Source: a bacterium
GTDB lineage: Bacteria; Patescibacteriota; Patescibacteriia; JAACEG01; JAGUWE01
DNA: 64,000 bases
Assembly: GCA_043798995.1 (NCBI GenBank)
Contig: JAZDOD010000009.1
Location: 14,015-78,014, forward strand
Direction of reading: 5' to 3'
Shown: one piece after another, positions 53,214 to 63,583 of the stretch
How the letters are laid out: every line of letters starts with the position of its first letter
How positions within the stretch are numbered: position 1 is the first letter of the stretch
Notes under the pieces: model-generated
What the model saw: only the letters and a program-made list of their open reading frames with translations
Databases searched by the model: none
Told to the model about the DNA's origin: nothing
Translations under genes and position numbers: made by a program

Positions 53214-56147
53214 ATGTCCGAGAAATCTAAATTTGCCCAGAAGGAAGAAGAGATACTTGCTTTCTGGGAGCAAAACAAAATTTTTGAAAAAACGCTAACC
53301 AAAAAATCGCCCAAGGGTGATTATGTTTTTTATGATGGCCCGCCGTTTGCCACCGGCCTGCCCCATTACGGCCATATCGTGGCCTCTTTAATGAAAGATG
53401 CGATACCGCGTTTTCGGACAATGCAGGGCTATCACGTTGAACGTCGCTGGGGCTGGGATTGTCATGGCCTGCCGGTTGAAAATTTAGCCGAGAAAGAATT
53501 AAACCTTAAAACTAAAAAAGAAATTGAAGCGCGCGGTATTGATAAATTTAATGCTTATTGCCACAGTATTGTGCTTCGTTACGCTAAAGAGTGGCAGGGC
53601 ATAGTCAAACGTTTAGCCCGCTGGGTTGATATGGAGCGCGACTACAAAACTATGGAACCGAATTATATGGAATCAATCTGGTGGGTTTTCAAAAGTTTAT
53701 TTGACAAAGGTTTGATTTATGAAGATTACCGCGTCACGCCTTATTGCCCGCGTTGCGGCACCCCGCTTTCCAATTTTGAGCTTAATCAGCCCGGCGCTTA
53801 TCGCGAAGTTTCCGACCAATCAGTTTATGTGAAATTTCCCGTCAAAGGACAGGGCAACACCTATTTTTTAGTTTGGACCACCACGCCGTGGACATTACCC
53901 GCTAATACTGCTTTAGCTATTGGCAAAGATATCGATTATGTTTTAATAAAACTCAATCCGCCAGCCGGCAGACAAAACTCAAAACTGATTCTTGCTAAAA
54001 AAAGATTAGAAGTAATAAAAGATGAATACGAAATCATTAAGACAATCAAAGGCAAAGATTTGGTTGGTTTAGAATACGAACCTTTATATCCGATGAAATT
54101 AGATAAAACTGGCTACAAAGTTGTAGCCGCGGATTTTGTTTCAACCGAAGATGGCACTGGCATTGTTCATATTGCCCCGGCTTTTGGCGAAGACGATATG
54201 AATTTAGGCAAAGCCGAGAATTTGCCAACGGTTATTACCGTTGATTTGGAAGGAAAGGTGATTAAAAATTTGGGCATTCCCGGCGAGGGTGAATTTGTCA
54301 AAATTGCCGACGAAGATATTAAGACAAATTTTAAAAATCGTGATTTATTATTTAAAGAAGAAAAAATTGTTCACAGTTATCCTTTTTGCTGGCGTTGCGA
54401 ATCGCCACTTCTGTATTATCCGATTCATAGCTGGTATGTAGCGGTGACGAAAATTAAAGACAAGGTTGTTGCCAACAATCAGAAAATCAATTGGGTGCCG
54501 GCTCACTTAAAAGAAGGGCGTTTTGGCAAATGGCTTTCGGAAATTCGCGACTGGGCGATTTCGCGCAATCGTTTTTGGGGCTCTCCAATTCCAATTTGGA
54601 GATGCCAAACTGGTAAAAATCAAAAATCCCCGCCAGAGGCGGGTCCGCCTTTGGAGGAAAAAGTCAAAAGTCAAAAGTCCTGCGTTAACATTAAAGTTAT
54701 TGGTTCAATTCGGGAATTAGAAGAATTAAGCGGGCAAAAAATTAATGATTTACATAAACATATTATTGATAAAATTATTTTTAAGTGTAAAAAATGCGGC
54801 GGGGAAATGAAAAGAGTGCCCGAAGTGCTTGATTGCTGGTTTGAATCCGGTTCTATGCCTTATGCCCAGTTTCATTATCCTTTCGCTAATAAAGAAAAAT
54901 TCTTAAACAATTTTCCGGCCCAGTTTATTGCCGAAGGCATTGACCAGACCCGCGGCTGGTTTTATACCCTCTTGGTTTTATCATCGGCCTTATTTAATAA
55001 GCCCGCGGCTAAAAATATTCTAGTCAATGGCATTGTTTTGTCTGAAGACGGCCAAAAGATGAGTAAATCCAAAGGTAATTTTCCTGACCCGCAACTCGTT
55101 TTTGATAAATACGGAGTTGATGCTTTGCGCTACTACCTTTTTTCTTCGCCGGTAATGGCGGCTGAAAATCTTAATTTTTCAGAAAAAGGCGTGGATGAAG
55201 CTTTAAAAAAAGTGGTAATACTTTTAGGCAATGTTTTGAATTTTTATTTGCTTTACGCGCCGAAAGAAAAGGCCCCAACTATAAAAGATAAAAAATCAAA
55301 CAATATTTTAGATCGCTGGATTTTAGCGCGGCTCAACCAATTAATCAGCGAAGAGACTCAGGCCTTAGAAAGTTATGATTTGCCGCGAGCTTGCCGGCCC
55401 CTAGCAGAATTCATCAATGATTTATCAACTTGGTATTTAAGAAGAAGCCGGGCTCGTTTTAAAGATGAAACCACTAAAAAAGAAGCTATTAATACCCTAA
55501 GATATACATTAAATATATTAAGTAAACTTTTAACTCCTTTTCTGCCTTTTATGGCCGAGGAAGTTTTTCAAACTGTCACCGGATATAATTTTAAAGCTTG
55601 CAGTAAATCAGTTCATTTGGCAGATTGGCCTAAGACGGAAAAAGCAGATCAAAAAATTATTGCAGAGATGGAGCCGGCCAAAAAAATTGTTGAGCAAGCT
55701 TTGTCAGCCAGAGCCAGGGCCGGAATTAAAATCCGCCAGCCGCTTAATTTTTATTCAACCGATTTGGTGAAAAAATTGTCCAAAGAAATTATTGAAATTA
55801 TCAAAGAAGAATTAAACATTAAGGAATTGCGTTTCGGCAAAGAAGAATTGGATATTAAAATTGATGATAAATTAAAAGAAGAAGGTTTGGTTCGCGATTT
55901 AACGCGCCTCATTAACAATTTAAGAAAAGAAGCCGGCCTCACCATTAATAACAGAGTCATAATTTATTTTGAATCGACTGATGAGCTGCTTAAAAAAATT
56001 ATTGCTAATAATAAAAAAGAACTTCTTGAAAATACTTTAAGCCAGGATTTTAAAGAAGAAAAAATTAATGAACAATCGTTTTATTTACTGGAAGCAAAAA
56101 TAGACGGGCAGGTTATTAAGTTAGGAATAAAAAGACAGTGGGATTAA
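53214..56147 (+). CDS. ileS: isoleucine--tRNA ligase, with an in-frame repeat-derived insertion in the zinc knuckle
   Basis: HIGH motif PHYGHIVAS. KMSKS. CP1 editing domain. Zn-binding Cys pairs. The extra segment TGKNQKSPPEAGPPLEEKVKSQKS between WRCQ and C is encoded by the 54605-54682 element. Confidence 0.92.
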   Translation: MSEKSKFAQKEEEILAFWEQNKIFEKTLTKKSPKGDYVFYDGPPFATGLPHYGHIVASLMKDAIPRFRTMQGYHVERRWGWDCHGLPVENLAEKELNLKTKKEIEARGIDKFNAYCHSIVLRYAKEWQGIVKRLARWVDMERDYKTMEPNYMESIWWVFKSLFDKGLIYEDYRVTPYCPRCGTPLSNFELNQPGAYREVSDQSVYVKFPVKGQGNTYFLVWTTTPWTLPANTALAIGKDIDYVLIKLNPPAGRQNSKLILAKKRLEVIKDEYEIIKTIKGKDLVGLEYEPLYPMKLDKTGYKVVAADFVSTEDGTGIVHIAPAFGEDDMNLGKAENLPTVITVDLEGKVIKNLGIPGEGEFVKIADEDIKTNFKNRDLLFKEEKIVHSYPFCWRCESPLLYYPIHSWYVAVTKIKDKVVANNQKINWVPAHLKEGRFGKWLSEIRDWAISRNRFWGSPIPIWRCQTGKNQKSPPEAGPPLEEKVKSQKSCVNIKVIGSIRELEELSGQKINDLHKHIIDKIIFKCKKCGGEMKRVPEVLDCWFESGSMPYAQFHYPFANKEKFLNNFPAQFIAEGIDQTRGWFYTLLVLSSALFNKPAAKNILVNGIVLSEDGQKMSKSKGNFPDPQLVFDKYGVDALRYYLFSSPVMAAENLNFSEKGVDEALKKVVILLGNVLNFYLLYAPKEKAPTIKDKKSNNILDRWILARLNQLISEETQALESYDLPRACRPLAEFINDLSTWYLRRSRARFKDETTKKEAINTLRYTLNILSKLLTPFLPFMAEEVFQTVTGYNFKACSKSVHLADWPKTEKADQKIIAEMEPAKKIVEQALSARARAGIKIRQPLNFYSTDLVKKLSKEIIEIIKEELNIKELRFGKEELDIKIDDKLKEEGLVRDLTRLINNLRKEAGLTINNRVIIYFESTDELLKKIIANNKKELLENTLSQDFKEEKINEQSFYLLEAKIDGQVIKLGIKRQWD
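54605..54682. repeat. GC-rich palindromic element embedded in-frame in ileS (paralog of the intergenic copy at 45165-45198)
   Basis: ccgccagaggcgggtccgcctttggagg flanked by aaaaatcaaaaat and gtcaaaagtcaaaag, versus intergenic ccaccggaggcggatccgccttgggcgg at 45168-45195. Related ccgccagaggcgg at 45099-45111. Confidence 0.45.
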
Positions 56148-56194
56148 AAATTGTCATTTTTTAGCAAGATCAATTTTTAATAATAAAATTCACA

Positions 56195-57934
56195 ATGTAT
56201 CAAATTAATTCAAAAATTACTGACAAATTTACAAAAGAGGCCATTGGCCAGATTTTTAAGATGCTTCGGCTTTTTGTCGGCAAAAACGATTTAGTTAATC
56301 TCGCGATTGATTATCCGCCCGAGCTAAAATTCGGTGATTTTACCTTGCCTTGTTTTGCTTTAGCTAAAAGTTTTAAAAAAGCGCCTGAGGCAGTTGCTTC
56401 AGAGTTAAAAGAAAAAATAAAGCCCGCTGGTTTAATTAAGAGAATTAAAAATGTCGGGCCCTATCTTAATTTTTTTGTTGATAAAAATAAAAAATCCAAA
56501 CTGATTTTAAATCAAATTATGAAAGAAAAAGAATCTTATGGCCAAGCGAAAATCGGGCAGGGTAAAAAAATAATGATTGAATATATTTCGCCCAATACTA
56601 ATAAGCCATTGCATTTAGGGCATGTCAGAAATGCGCTGCTGGGGACGAGTTTGGTTAATCTTTTGGGCTCAACCGGTCACAAAATAATCAGGACTTGTCT
56701 AATCAACGATCGAGGCAATCAAATCTCTCAATCAATGGCGGCTTATGAGGTCTATGGCCAAGGGAAATTGCCGGATAAAAAACCGGATCATTTTGTCGGT
56801 GATTTTTATGTTCGTTATCATCAAGAAGTCAAAGAAAATCCGGCTTTAGCAAAGCGAGCCAAAGAAATGCTTTTGGCCTGGGAAAAAGGCGATAAAGAAG
56901 TCAGGCATCTTTGGCAAAAAATGAACGGCTGGTTTTATCAGGGTTTTAAAGAAACGCTAAAAAATTTAGGCATTAGTTTTGATAAATTTTATTACGAAAG
57001 CCAAGTTTATCTTAAGGGCAAAAAAATCATCTCTGATAATTTGAAAAAAGGAATCTTTCAAAAACAAGACGGCGCCGTAGTTGCGCCTTTAGAAAAATAC
57101 AATTTGCCGGCTAAAGTTTTGATTAAATCTGACGGCACCGCAGTTTACACCACCACTGATATTTATCTGGCCTTCCAAAAATTTAAAGATTATAAATTAA
57201 CCCAAAGCATTTATTTGGTTGGTTCAGAACAGGATTTGCTTTTTCGTCAGCTTTTTAAAATTTTAGAGCTGATTGGTTTTAAAAAAGTTAAACAAATGTT
57301 ACATTTAAGTTATGGAATTGTAAATCTGCCCGAAGGTAAAATGAAATCTAGGGAGGGCAAAGTGGTTGACGCCGATAATTTGCTGGCTGAATTGGAAAAA
57401 TTATCTAGGGAAGAAATTATCAAAAGATATTCATCAATTTCAGAAAAAGAAAAGAAGAATCGCAGCCAAAAAATTGCCCGAGCCGCGCTTAAATATTTTA
57501 TTTTAGAAATTAATCCCAAAAGCGAAGTTTGTTTTGAGCCGAAAAAATCCTTGTCCTTTACCGGCCGCACCGGACCATATCTTCTTTATACTTACGCCCG
57601 CCTCAAGGCAATTTTAAGAAAAGCCAAAAAAGAAAATAAAGCAAAAAAAATTGATTTTTCCGGCTTAGAAAATCCAATCGAGCAGATGTTAGTTAATCTG
57701 CTTGGCCGTTTTCCGGCCGTGATTGTTGAAGCCGCTTTGGTTTATGACCCCTCAATTTTAGCCAAATATCTTTATAGTTTAGCCGATCAAACTAACAGCT
57801 TTTATCACGATTTGCCCGTACTTCAGGCAGAAGAAAAATTAAGATTAGCCCGCTTAAAAATGATTGAAGCAGTCAGCATCGTTTTAAAAGAAGGTTTGGC
57901 AATTTTAGGCATTGAAACAGTGGAAGAAATGTAG
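56195..57934 (+). CDS. argS: arginine--tRNA ligase
   Basis: SPNTNKPLHLGHVRNALLG (HIGH-class motif of ArgS), the Arg-binding catalytic core, and a C-terminal DALR anticodon-binding domain. Confidence 0.85.
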   Translation: MYQINSKITDKFTKEAIGQIFKMLRLFVGKNDLVNLAIDYPPELKFGDFTLPCFALAKSFKKAPEAVASELKEKIKPAGLIKRIKNVGPYLNFFVDKNKKSKLILNQIMKEKESYGQAKIGQGKKIMIEYISPNTNKPLHLGHVRNALLGTSLVNLLGSTGHKIIRTCLINDRGNQISQSMAAYEVYGQGKLPDKKPDHFVGDFYVRYHQEVKENPALAKRAKEMLLAWEKGDKEVRHLWQKMNGWFYQGFKETLKNLGISFDKFYYESQVYLKGKKIISDNLKKGIFQKQDGAVVAPLEKYNLPAKVLIKSDGTAVYTTTDIYLAFQKFKDYKLTQSIYLVGSEQDLLFRQLFKILELIGFKKVKQMLHLSYGIVNLPEGKMKSREGKVVDADNLLAELEKLSREEIIKRYSSISEKEKKNRSQKIARAALKYFILEINPKSEVCFEPKKSLSFTGRTGPYLLYTYARLKAILRKAKKENKAKKIDFSGLENPIEQMLVNLLGRFPAVIVEAALVYDPSILAKYLYSLADQTNSFYHDLPVLQAEEKLRLARLKMIEAVSIVLKEGLAILGIETVEEM

Positions 57935-57970
57935 ATTTTTTTATCTAATGAATTATAAATTTTTAAATTT

Positions 57971-59338
57971 ATGACTAAAAAAAATGAAAAAGAAAGCGAG
58001 TTGATGGACAAAATTGTTTCTTTGGCCAAGCGCCGTGGCTTTATTTTCCCCAGCTCTGAAATTTATGGCGGCTTTGCCAGTTGTTATGATTATGGACCGC
58101 TGGGCGTGGAACTAAAAAATAATGTCAAAAATCTTTGGTGGCAAGAAATGACCCGGCTTCAAAATAATATTGTCGGGCTGGACTCAGCTATTTTAATGTC
58201 GCCTAAAATTTGGCAAGCTTCGGGGCACCTGACAGCTGGCTTTGCCGATGAGTTGGTTGAATGTAAGGAGTGTCATAAGCGATTTCGTAAAGATCATTTA
58301 GAAGAAGAGGGTAAGACAAACTGTCCTGATTGCGGCGGAGCGCTAACTGAACCCAAAAAATTTAATTTAATGATGAAAACTTTTGTTGGTCCGGTTGAAG
58401 ACGAGGCCAATATAACTTATCTTCGGGCCGAAACCTGTCAGGGAATCTATGTCAATTTTGCCAATATTTTAGATTCAACTCGCGTTAAGATTCCCTTTGG
58501 CATTGCCCAAATTGGCAAAGCTTTTCGCAATGAAATCACGCCGGGTCATTTTATTTTTAGAACACGCGAGTTTGAACAAATGGAAATGCAGTTTTTTATT
58601 AAGCCCCACGAAGCTGACAAATGGTTTAACTACTGGAAAGAGGCAAGAACGAAATGGTATTTAAATCTTGGTCTTAAAAAAGAAAATATCAGATTTAAAG
58701 AAGTAGCCAAAAAAGATTTAGCCCATTATGCCAAGCGGGCAGTTGATATTGAATATCATTTTCCAGAACCCATGGGCTGGCGGGAAATTGAAGGCATTCA
58801 TAATCGCGGCGATTGGGATTTGTCAAATCATGCCAAGTTTAGCGGCAAGGATTTATCTTATTTTGATGAGGTTAGTAAAGAAAAATTTACCCCCTGGATT
58901 ATTGAAACTTCGGCCGGGGCTGATCGGGCAACCTTGGTCTTTTTGGTTAATGCTTATCAGGCAGTTTTGGGCGGCCGGACTACCACCACTGAATCAACCA
59001 AAGAGGCAGAGGTTGTTTTAAGGTTTGATAAAAGATTGGCGCCGGTTAAAATTGCGGTTTTACCCTTGGTGAAAAATAAAGAAAATGTAGTTAAATTAAC
59101 CCAGAAAATTTTCGAGCTTCTCAAGGCAAAATATTTAACCCATTATGATGAAGCCGGTTCAATTGGCCGGCGCTACCGCCGTCAAGATGAAATCGGCACT
59201 CCTTATTGCCTGACAGTAGATTTTGAAAGTTTGGAAAATCAGGATGTCACCGTCCGCGACCGGGATACGATGAAGCAGGAGAGAGTGAAGGTTGATGAGC
59301 TGGTAAATTATTTCGGAAATAAATTATTAATTAGTTAG
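57971..59338 (+). CDS. glyQS: glycine--tRNA ligase (dimeric alpha2 type)
   Basis: GFIFPSSEIYGGFASCYDYGPLGVELKNN, class II motifs 2 and 3, and a C-terminal anticodon-binding domain. Confidence 0.85.
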   Translation: MTKKNEKESELMDKIVSLAKRRGFIFPSSEIYGGFASCYDYGPLGVELKNNVKNLWWQEMTRLQNNIVGLDSAILMSPKIWQASGHLTAGFADELVECKECHKRFRKDHLEEEGKTNCPDCGGALTEPKKFNLMMKTFVGPVEDEANITYLRAETCQGIYVNFANILDSTRVKIPFGIAQIGKAFRNEITPGHFIFRTREFEQMEMQFFIKPHEADKWFNYWKEARTKWYLNLGLKKENIRFKEVAKKDLAHYAKRAVDIEYHFPEPMGWREIEGIHNRGDWDLSNHAKFSGKDLSYFDEVSKEKFTPWIIETSAGADRATLVFLVNAYQAVLGGRTTTTESTKEAEVVLRFDKRLAPVKIAVLPLVKNKENVVKLTQKIFELLKAKYLTHYDEAGSIGRRYRRQDEIGTPYCLTVDFESLENQDVTVRDRDTMKQERVKVDELVNYFGNKLLIS

Positions 59339-59356
59339 ATATATTTTCCTCAATTT

Positions 59357-60631
59357 ATGGTTTTTATGAAATTTCAAAAAGAAACTTTATCAAATGGTCT
59401 TCGTTTGATTTTGGCGCCGCTTAATAATACCCAGATAGTAACCGTCTTATTTCTGGTTGGCGTTGGTTCAAAATATGAAACGAAAAAAATCAACGGCATT
59501 TCCCATTTTTTGGAACACATGGTTTTTAAGGGAACAAAAAAAAGGCCGACTGCCCTAAAAATTAATGAGGTTGTTGACAAAGTCGGCGGTGAATTCAACG
59601 CTTTTACCTCTAAAGAAGCAACTGGTTTTTATATTAAGATTGATAAGAGATATTTAGATTTGGCTTTGGATGTTATTTCCGATATCTTGCTTAATTCTAA
59701 ATTTGAAAACAAGGAAATTAATAAAGAGCGGGGCGTAATTATTGAGGAAATAAACTTTAAACAAGACACGCCAATCCGACAAGTTGGTGATTTGTTTGAA
59801 AAGCTTCTTTACGGCGACCAGCCGGCCGGGTGGGAAATCATTGGTGAAAAGGAGAATATTTTAAAATTAAACCGCCCCGATATCTTGAATTATTTTAAAG
59901 TTCATTATTTGGCTAATAATTCAATTCTTTGCCTTGCCGGGGCAATTAATGATAGAATAAAGTTAAAGGTGGATAAATATTTTGCTCGTTTTGAAACCGG
60001 TCAATTAAAAAATAAGATTAAAGTTAAAGAAGAACAAATTAAACCCCAAGCCCTGGTTAGTTATAAAAAGACAGATCAAACCCATCTTTGTTTGGGTACA
60101 AGAGCTTATGATTTATTTCATCCCGATCGTTACGCCCTGAAAGTTTTAGGGGTTATCTTGGGCGGTAATATGAGCTCTCGACTTTTTAATTTGGTGCGAG
60201 AAAAATATGGTTTAGCTTATTATATTAGGACAAACACAGAAACCTATACTGATTCTGGTTATTTAGTCACTCAAGCCGGTGTAGATAATAAAAAAGTAAA
60301 ACAAGTGATTAAACTTATTTTAAGTGAATATAAAAAAATAAAAAAAACAAAAGTCAATCAAACTGAGTTAAAAAAAGCCAAGGATTATATTAAAGGCGTT
60401 AGTTTGATAAACTTAGAAACCTCGGATGAAGTTGCTCATTTTTTGGCTACCCAAGAAATTTTAACCAGAAAAATTTTAACTATTGAAGAACAGTTTGCCG
60501 CCATTGATAAAGTGACAACTCGGGATATTGAGCGAGTCGCCCAAGACATTTTTAAGCCGTCTAAATTAAACCTGGCTATCATCGGTCCGTTTGAAAAAAA
60601 AGAAGAATTTGCTAAAATTCTAAGTATATGA
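59357..60631 (+). CDS. M16-family (insulinase-like) zinc peptidase
   Basis: Inverted zinc motif HFLEHMVFKGT and the downstream E. Confidence 0.75.
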   Translation: MVFMKFQKETLSNGLRLILAPLNNTQIVTVLFLVGVGSKYETKKINGISHFLEHMVFKGTKKRPTALKINEVVDKVGGEFNAFTSKEATGFYIKIDKRYLDLALDVISDILLNSKFENKEINKERGVIIEEINFKQDTPIRQVGDLFEKLLYGDQPAGWEIIGEKENILKLNRPDILNYFKVHYLANNSILCLAGAINDRIKLKVDKYFARFETGQLKNKIKVKEEQIKPQALVSYKKTDQTHLCLGTRAYDLFHPDRYALKVLGVILGGNMSSRLFNLVREKYGLAYYIRTNTETYTDSGYLVTQAGVDNKKVKQVIKLILSEYKKIKKTKVNQTELKKAKDYIKGVSLINLETSDEVAHFLATQEILTRKILTIEEQFAAIDKVTTRDIERVAQDIFKPSKLNLAIIGPFEKKEEFAKILSI

Positions 60632-61818
60632 AAATTGGCATTGATTGCCGGACAATTTTAAATCCTTCTTTAGGTGAGCGAGTCGGCGCCGCTCATTATA
60701 CTTATTATTTGATAAAAAATTTGTTGGCAATTGATCGGGAAAATAAATATGTTCTCTTTTTTCCCTCGCTGACCCAGCCGAGTGTGGTGGCCGAATTAGT
60801 CCAAAATTATGAAAATGTCAAAGTTAAATTTTTTCCGCTTTATCGCTATAAAAGATTTTTACCCTTGACTTATTCTCAGCTTTTAGTCTCGGCCGTTTAT
60901 GAAAGTGAAAAATTAGAATTGCTTCATTTGACAGCTGACAGTCTTCCTTATATTTACGGCGGTAAATCAGTAGTCACAGTTCACGATTTGGCAATTTTTA
61001 AATACCCGCAGTGGTTTCCTTCGCAAATTATTTCTAATTTAAATCTTTATACTAAAGTTCTTTTCCCCAAGAGTTTAAAACATTCGGATAAAATTATTGC
61101 TGTTTCCGAAAATACCAAAAAAGATTTGATTGAACTTTTTAAAATTCAGTCTGAAAAAATAAAAGTCATTTATGAAGGCACGGGCCAGCAAAGCGAGGCA
61201 GAAATTCAGAAAAATGTTTTACAAAGAGCCGATTCTATTATTGAACAATTTAAAATTAATCAACCATATCTCTTGTTTTTAGGCACAATTGAGCCAAGAA
61301 AAAATTTGATTTTATTAGTCAGAGCTTTTGGCGAGTTGCTTCGCAGTAGCGACTTTTTCCAAGGGTTTCAATTAGTCATTGCCGGAGTGAAAGGCTATCG
61401 CCATCAAGAGGTTTTTCGCGAAATTAAAAAAGTTAATCAAAACTATAAATTAGGCTTCCCGCCGATAAAATATGTGGGTTATGTTGACAAGACAGCAAAA
61501 TACGCGCTGATGAGCAGATCCGCTTGTTTTGTTTTCCCCACTCTTTATGAAGGTTTCGGCTTGCCAATCGTTGAAGCAATGAGCCTGGGAGCCCCCGTTA
61601 TTACCAGTAAAGTTTCTTCTATTCCGGAAATTACCGAGGAGGCGGCTATTCTAATTGATCCAGCCAGTCAGAAGGAAATGACAGCCGCTATCAGCCGATT
61701 GCTTAAAGATAAGCAGTTGCAAGAGGAGTTGCGGCAAAGTGGTTTTAGGCAAAGCAAAAAATTTTCCTGGCGAAAATGCGCTATAGAAACATTAAAGCTT
61801 TATCAATCGATTCGTTAA
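60628..61818 (+). CDS. GT4-family glycosyltransferase
   Basis: C-terminal EGFGLPIVEAMSLGAPVITS (the E-x7-E region) and GT-B fold length. Confidence 0.75.
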   Translation: MKIGIDCRTILNPSLGERVGAAHYTYYLIKNLLAIDRENKYVLFFPSLTQPSVVAELVQNYENVKVKFFPLYRYKRFLPLTYSQLLVSAVYESEKLELLHLTADSLPYIYGGKSVVTVHDLAIFKYPQWFPSQIISNLNLYTKVLFPKSLKHSDKIIAVSENTKKDLIELFKIQSEKIKVIYEGTGQQSEAEIQKNVLQRADSIIEQFKINQPYLLFLGTIEPRKNLILLVRAFGELLRSSDFFQGFQLVIAGVKGYRHQEVFREIKKVNQNYKLGFPPIKYVGYVDKTAKYALMSRSACFVFPTLYEGFGLPIVEAMSLGAPVITSKVSSIPEITEEAAILIDPASQKEMTAAISRLLKDKQLQEELRQSGFRQSKKFSWRKCAIETLKLYQSIR

Positions 61819-61874
61819 ATTTTATCAAAACAAAAAAGATAGGTTGGTTTCCTGTCTTTTTTTGTTTTTAAAAA

Positions 61875-62348
61875 TTAATAGCTTTTTAAAATCAAAAGAA
61901 AAGTCAGAATCTGGATAATAATTCCGCTTACTAGGTTGACTTTGATGCCTAAAGTATAATGAAGCGATTTATGAAAATCAAAAAAGGACTGAACAATTTT
62001 GTTTTTGGTAAGGACGTTAAGGCCAATAATGAAATCTGGTAAAATACTGCCAATTAAAGCCCAAGAAGCGGAGGTATGAAAAATACAAATTTTATTATTA
62101 TAAAGGAGACTGATAAAAATAATTAAAATGGTATTATCAATTGTGGTGAGAGCCAAGACCTTTCTGACCTTACCCCCTCTTTTGACTCCTTCTAGCAGGC
62201 CCTGATCGCCATGAGGAACGAGATCAAGCAAAAAATGGGAAGCAAAGCCAGCTAAAAACGCCAAAAAAGAATTATTAACATATTCGCCGATCAATACTCC
62301 GGCCGCGGCATGTACGGTTAGGAACATAAAAAATAAGTCAAAATTCAA
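61875..62348 (-). CDS. membrane protein, possible membrane-bound metal-dependent hydrolase (YdjM/DUF457-like)
   Basis: Four TM helices with conserved His (HAAAG, HFLLDLVPHGD). Weak assignment. Confidence 0.35.
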   Translation of the reverse strand: MNFDLFFMFLTVHAAAGVLIGEYVNNSFLAFLAGFASHFLLDLVPHGDQGLLEGVKRGGKVRKVLALTTIDNTILIIFISLLYNNKICIFHTSASWALIGSILPDFIIGLNVLTKNKIVQSFFDFHKSLHYTLGIKVNLVSGIIIQILTFLLILKSY

Positions 62349-62541
62349 AAATCAAAATTCAAAAGTTATTTTAGAAAGTTTTTAGTTTTAAGTTGTGGTC
62401 TTGAGTTTTGCCTGCCCCGCCATTGGCTATGCCGTCAGGCGTTAGCCTCAATCTTTAAATTTAATTATAGTATATCCCAAAATAGCTATTTGGGCAATTT
62501 TTTCTATTGTGAGGGAGAATAAAGTTTGATATAATAAAGCC

Positions 62542-63579
62542 ATGCTAAAAGTTAAAAAAATAAAGGTCCTGTTAGAACCAACTAATTTACCTTTTGAAGC
62601 CAAAGCTGTGCTTAATCCAGCCACTTTTCGTGATGGCAAATATGTCCATCTTTTTTATCGAGCTATTGATAATAATAATTGTTCTTCAATAGGTTATGCC
62701 TTACTTAAAGGTCCGACTAAAATTATTAAACGCTGGCGCCGGCCGATTATCCATCGTAAATTTCCTTACGAAAGCAAAGGCGTTGAGGACCCAAGAATAG
62801 TCAAAATAGATAACTTATTTTATCTTTTTTATACCGCCCACGATGGCAAAAACGCTTTGGCTGCTTATGCCACTAGCAAGAATTTGAAGAAATTTGAAAA
62901 GAAGGGTTTGATCACTCCCCTGATTACTTATGACGAAGCCGAGGATGTTTTTCGTGAAAGTCGCCTTAAGGACAGATATTTCTTTTTTGAATCTTATTAT
63001 AAAGACGTGGCAGGCAAAGATGTGCTTCTTTGGGAAAAAGATGCTTTTCTTTTTCCAAAAAAATTTAACGGCCAGTTTGCCCTGATTCATCGGATTTTAC
63101 CCGATATCCAAGTAATTTATTTTGATAAATTTAGTCAGCTCAAAAATAATAATTTTTGGCGAAGCTATCTTAAAGATTTGGGCAAATATGTGATTTTAGA
63201 GAATAAATTCGGTTATGAATCAAGAAATATCGGGGGCGGCGCTCCGCCGATTGAAACAAAAAAGGGCTGGCTTTTGATTTATCATGCGGTTGAGGATTCA
63301 AATAAGGGCCGTATTTATCACGCTGGCGCGGCGCTGCTTAGTAAAAATAATCCTACCAAAGTCATCGGCCATCTGCCCGAACCGCTTTTTTCACCCGAGC
63401 GTTCTTGGGAAAAACAAGGAGAGGTTAGTAATGTGGTTTTTCCCACCGGCACAGCCATCTTTGGTGGTAATCTCTATATTTATTATGGCGCGGCTGATAA
63501 AAGAATCGCCGTAGCCAGAGTTAATTTGAATGAGCTGTTAAGGGAGTTAACCAAAAAAAGAAAAAAACCGGGTAGATAA
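62542..63579 (+). CDS. GH130 / DUF377-family glycoside hydrolase/phosphorylase (beta-propeller)
   Basis: AVLNPATFRDGKYVHLFYRA, GVEDPRIV...LFYTAHDG and WLLIYHAVE repeats, typical of GH130 five-bladed propellers. Confidence 0.55.
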   Translation: MLKVKKIKVLLEPTNLPFEAKAVLNPATFRDGKYVHLFYRAIDNNNCSSIGYALLKGPTKIIKRWRRPIIHRKFPYESKGVEDPRIVKIDNLFYLFYTAHDGKNALAAYATSKNLKKFEKKGLITPLITYDEAEDVFRESRLKDRYFFFESYYKDVAGKDVLLWEKDAFLFPKKFNGQFALIHRILPDIQVIYFDKFSQLKNNNFWRSYLKDLGKYVILENKFGYESRNIGGGAPPIETKKGWLLIYHAVEDSNKGRIYHAGAALLSKNNPTKVIGHLPEPLFSPERSWEKQGEVSNVVFPTGTAIFGGNLYIYYGAADKRIAVARVNLNELLRELTKKRKKPGR

Positions 63580-63583
63580 ATTT

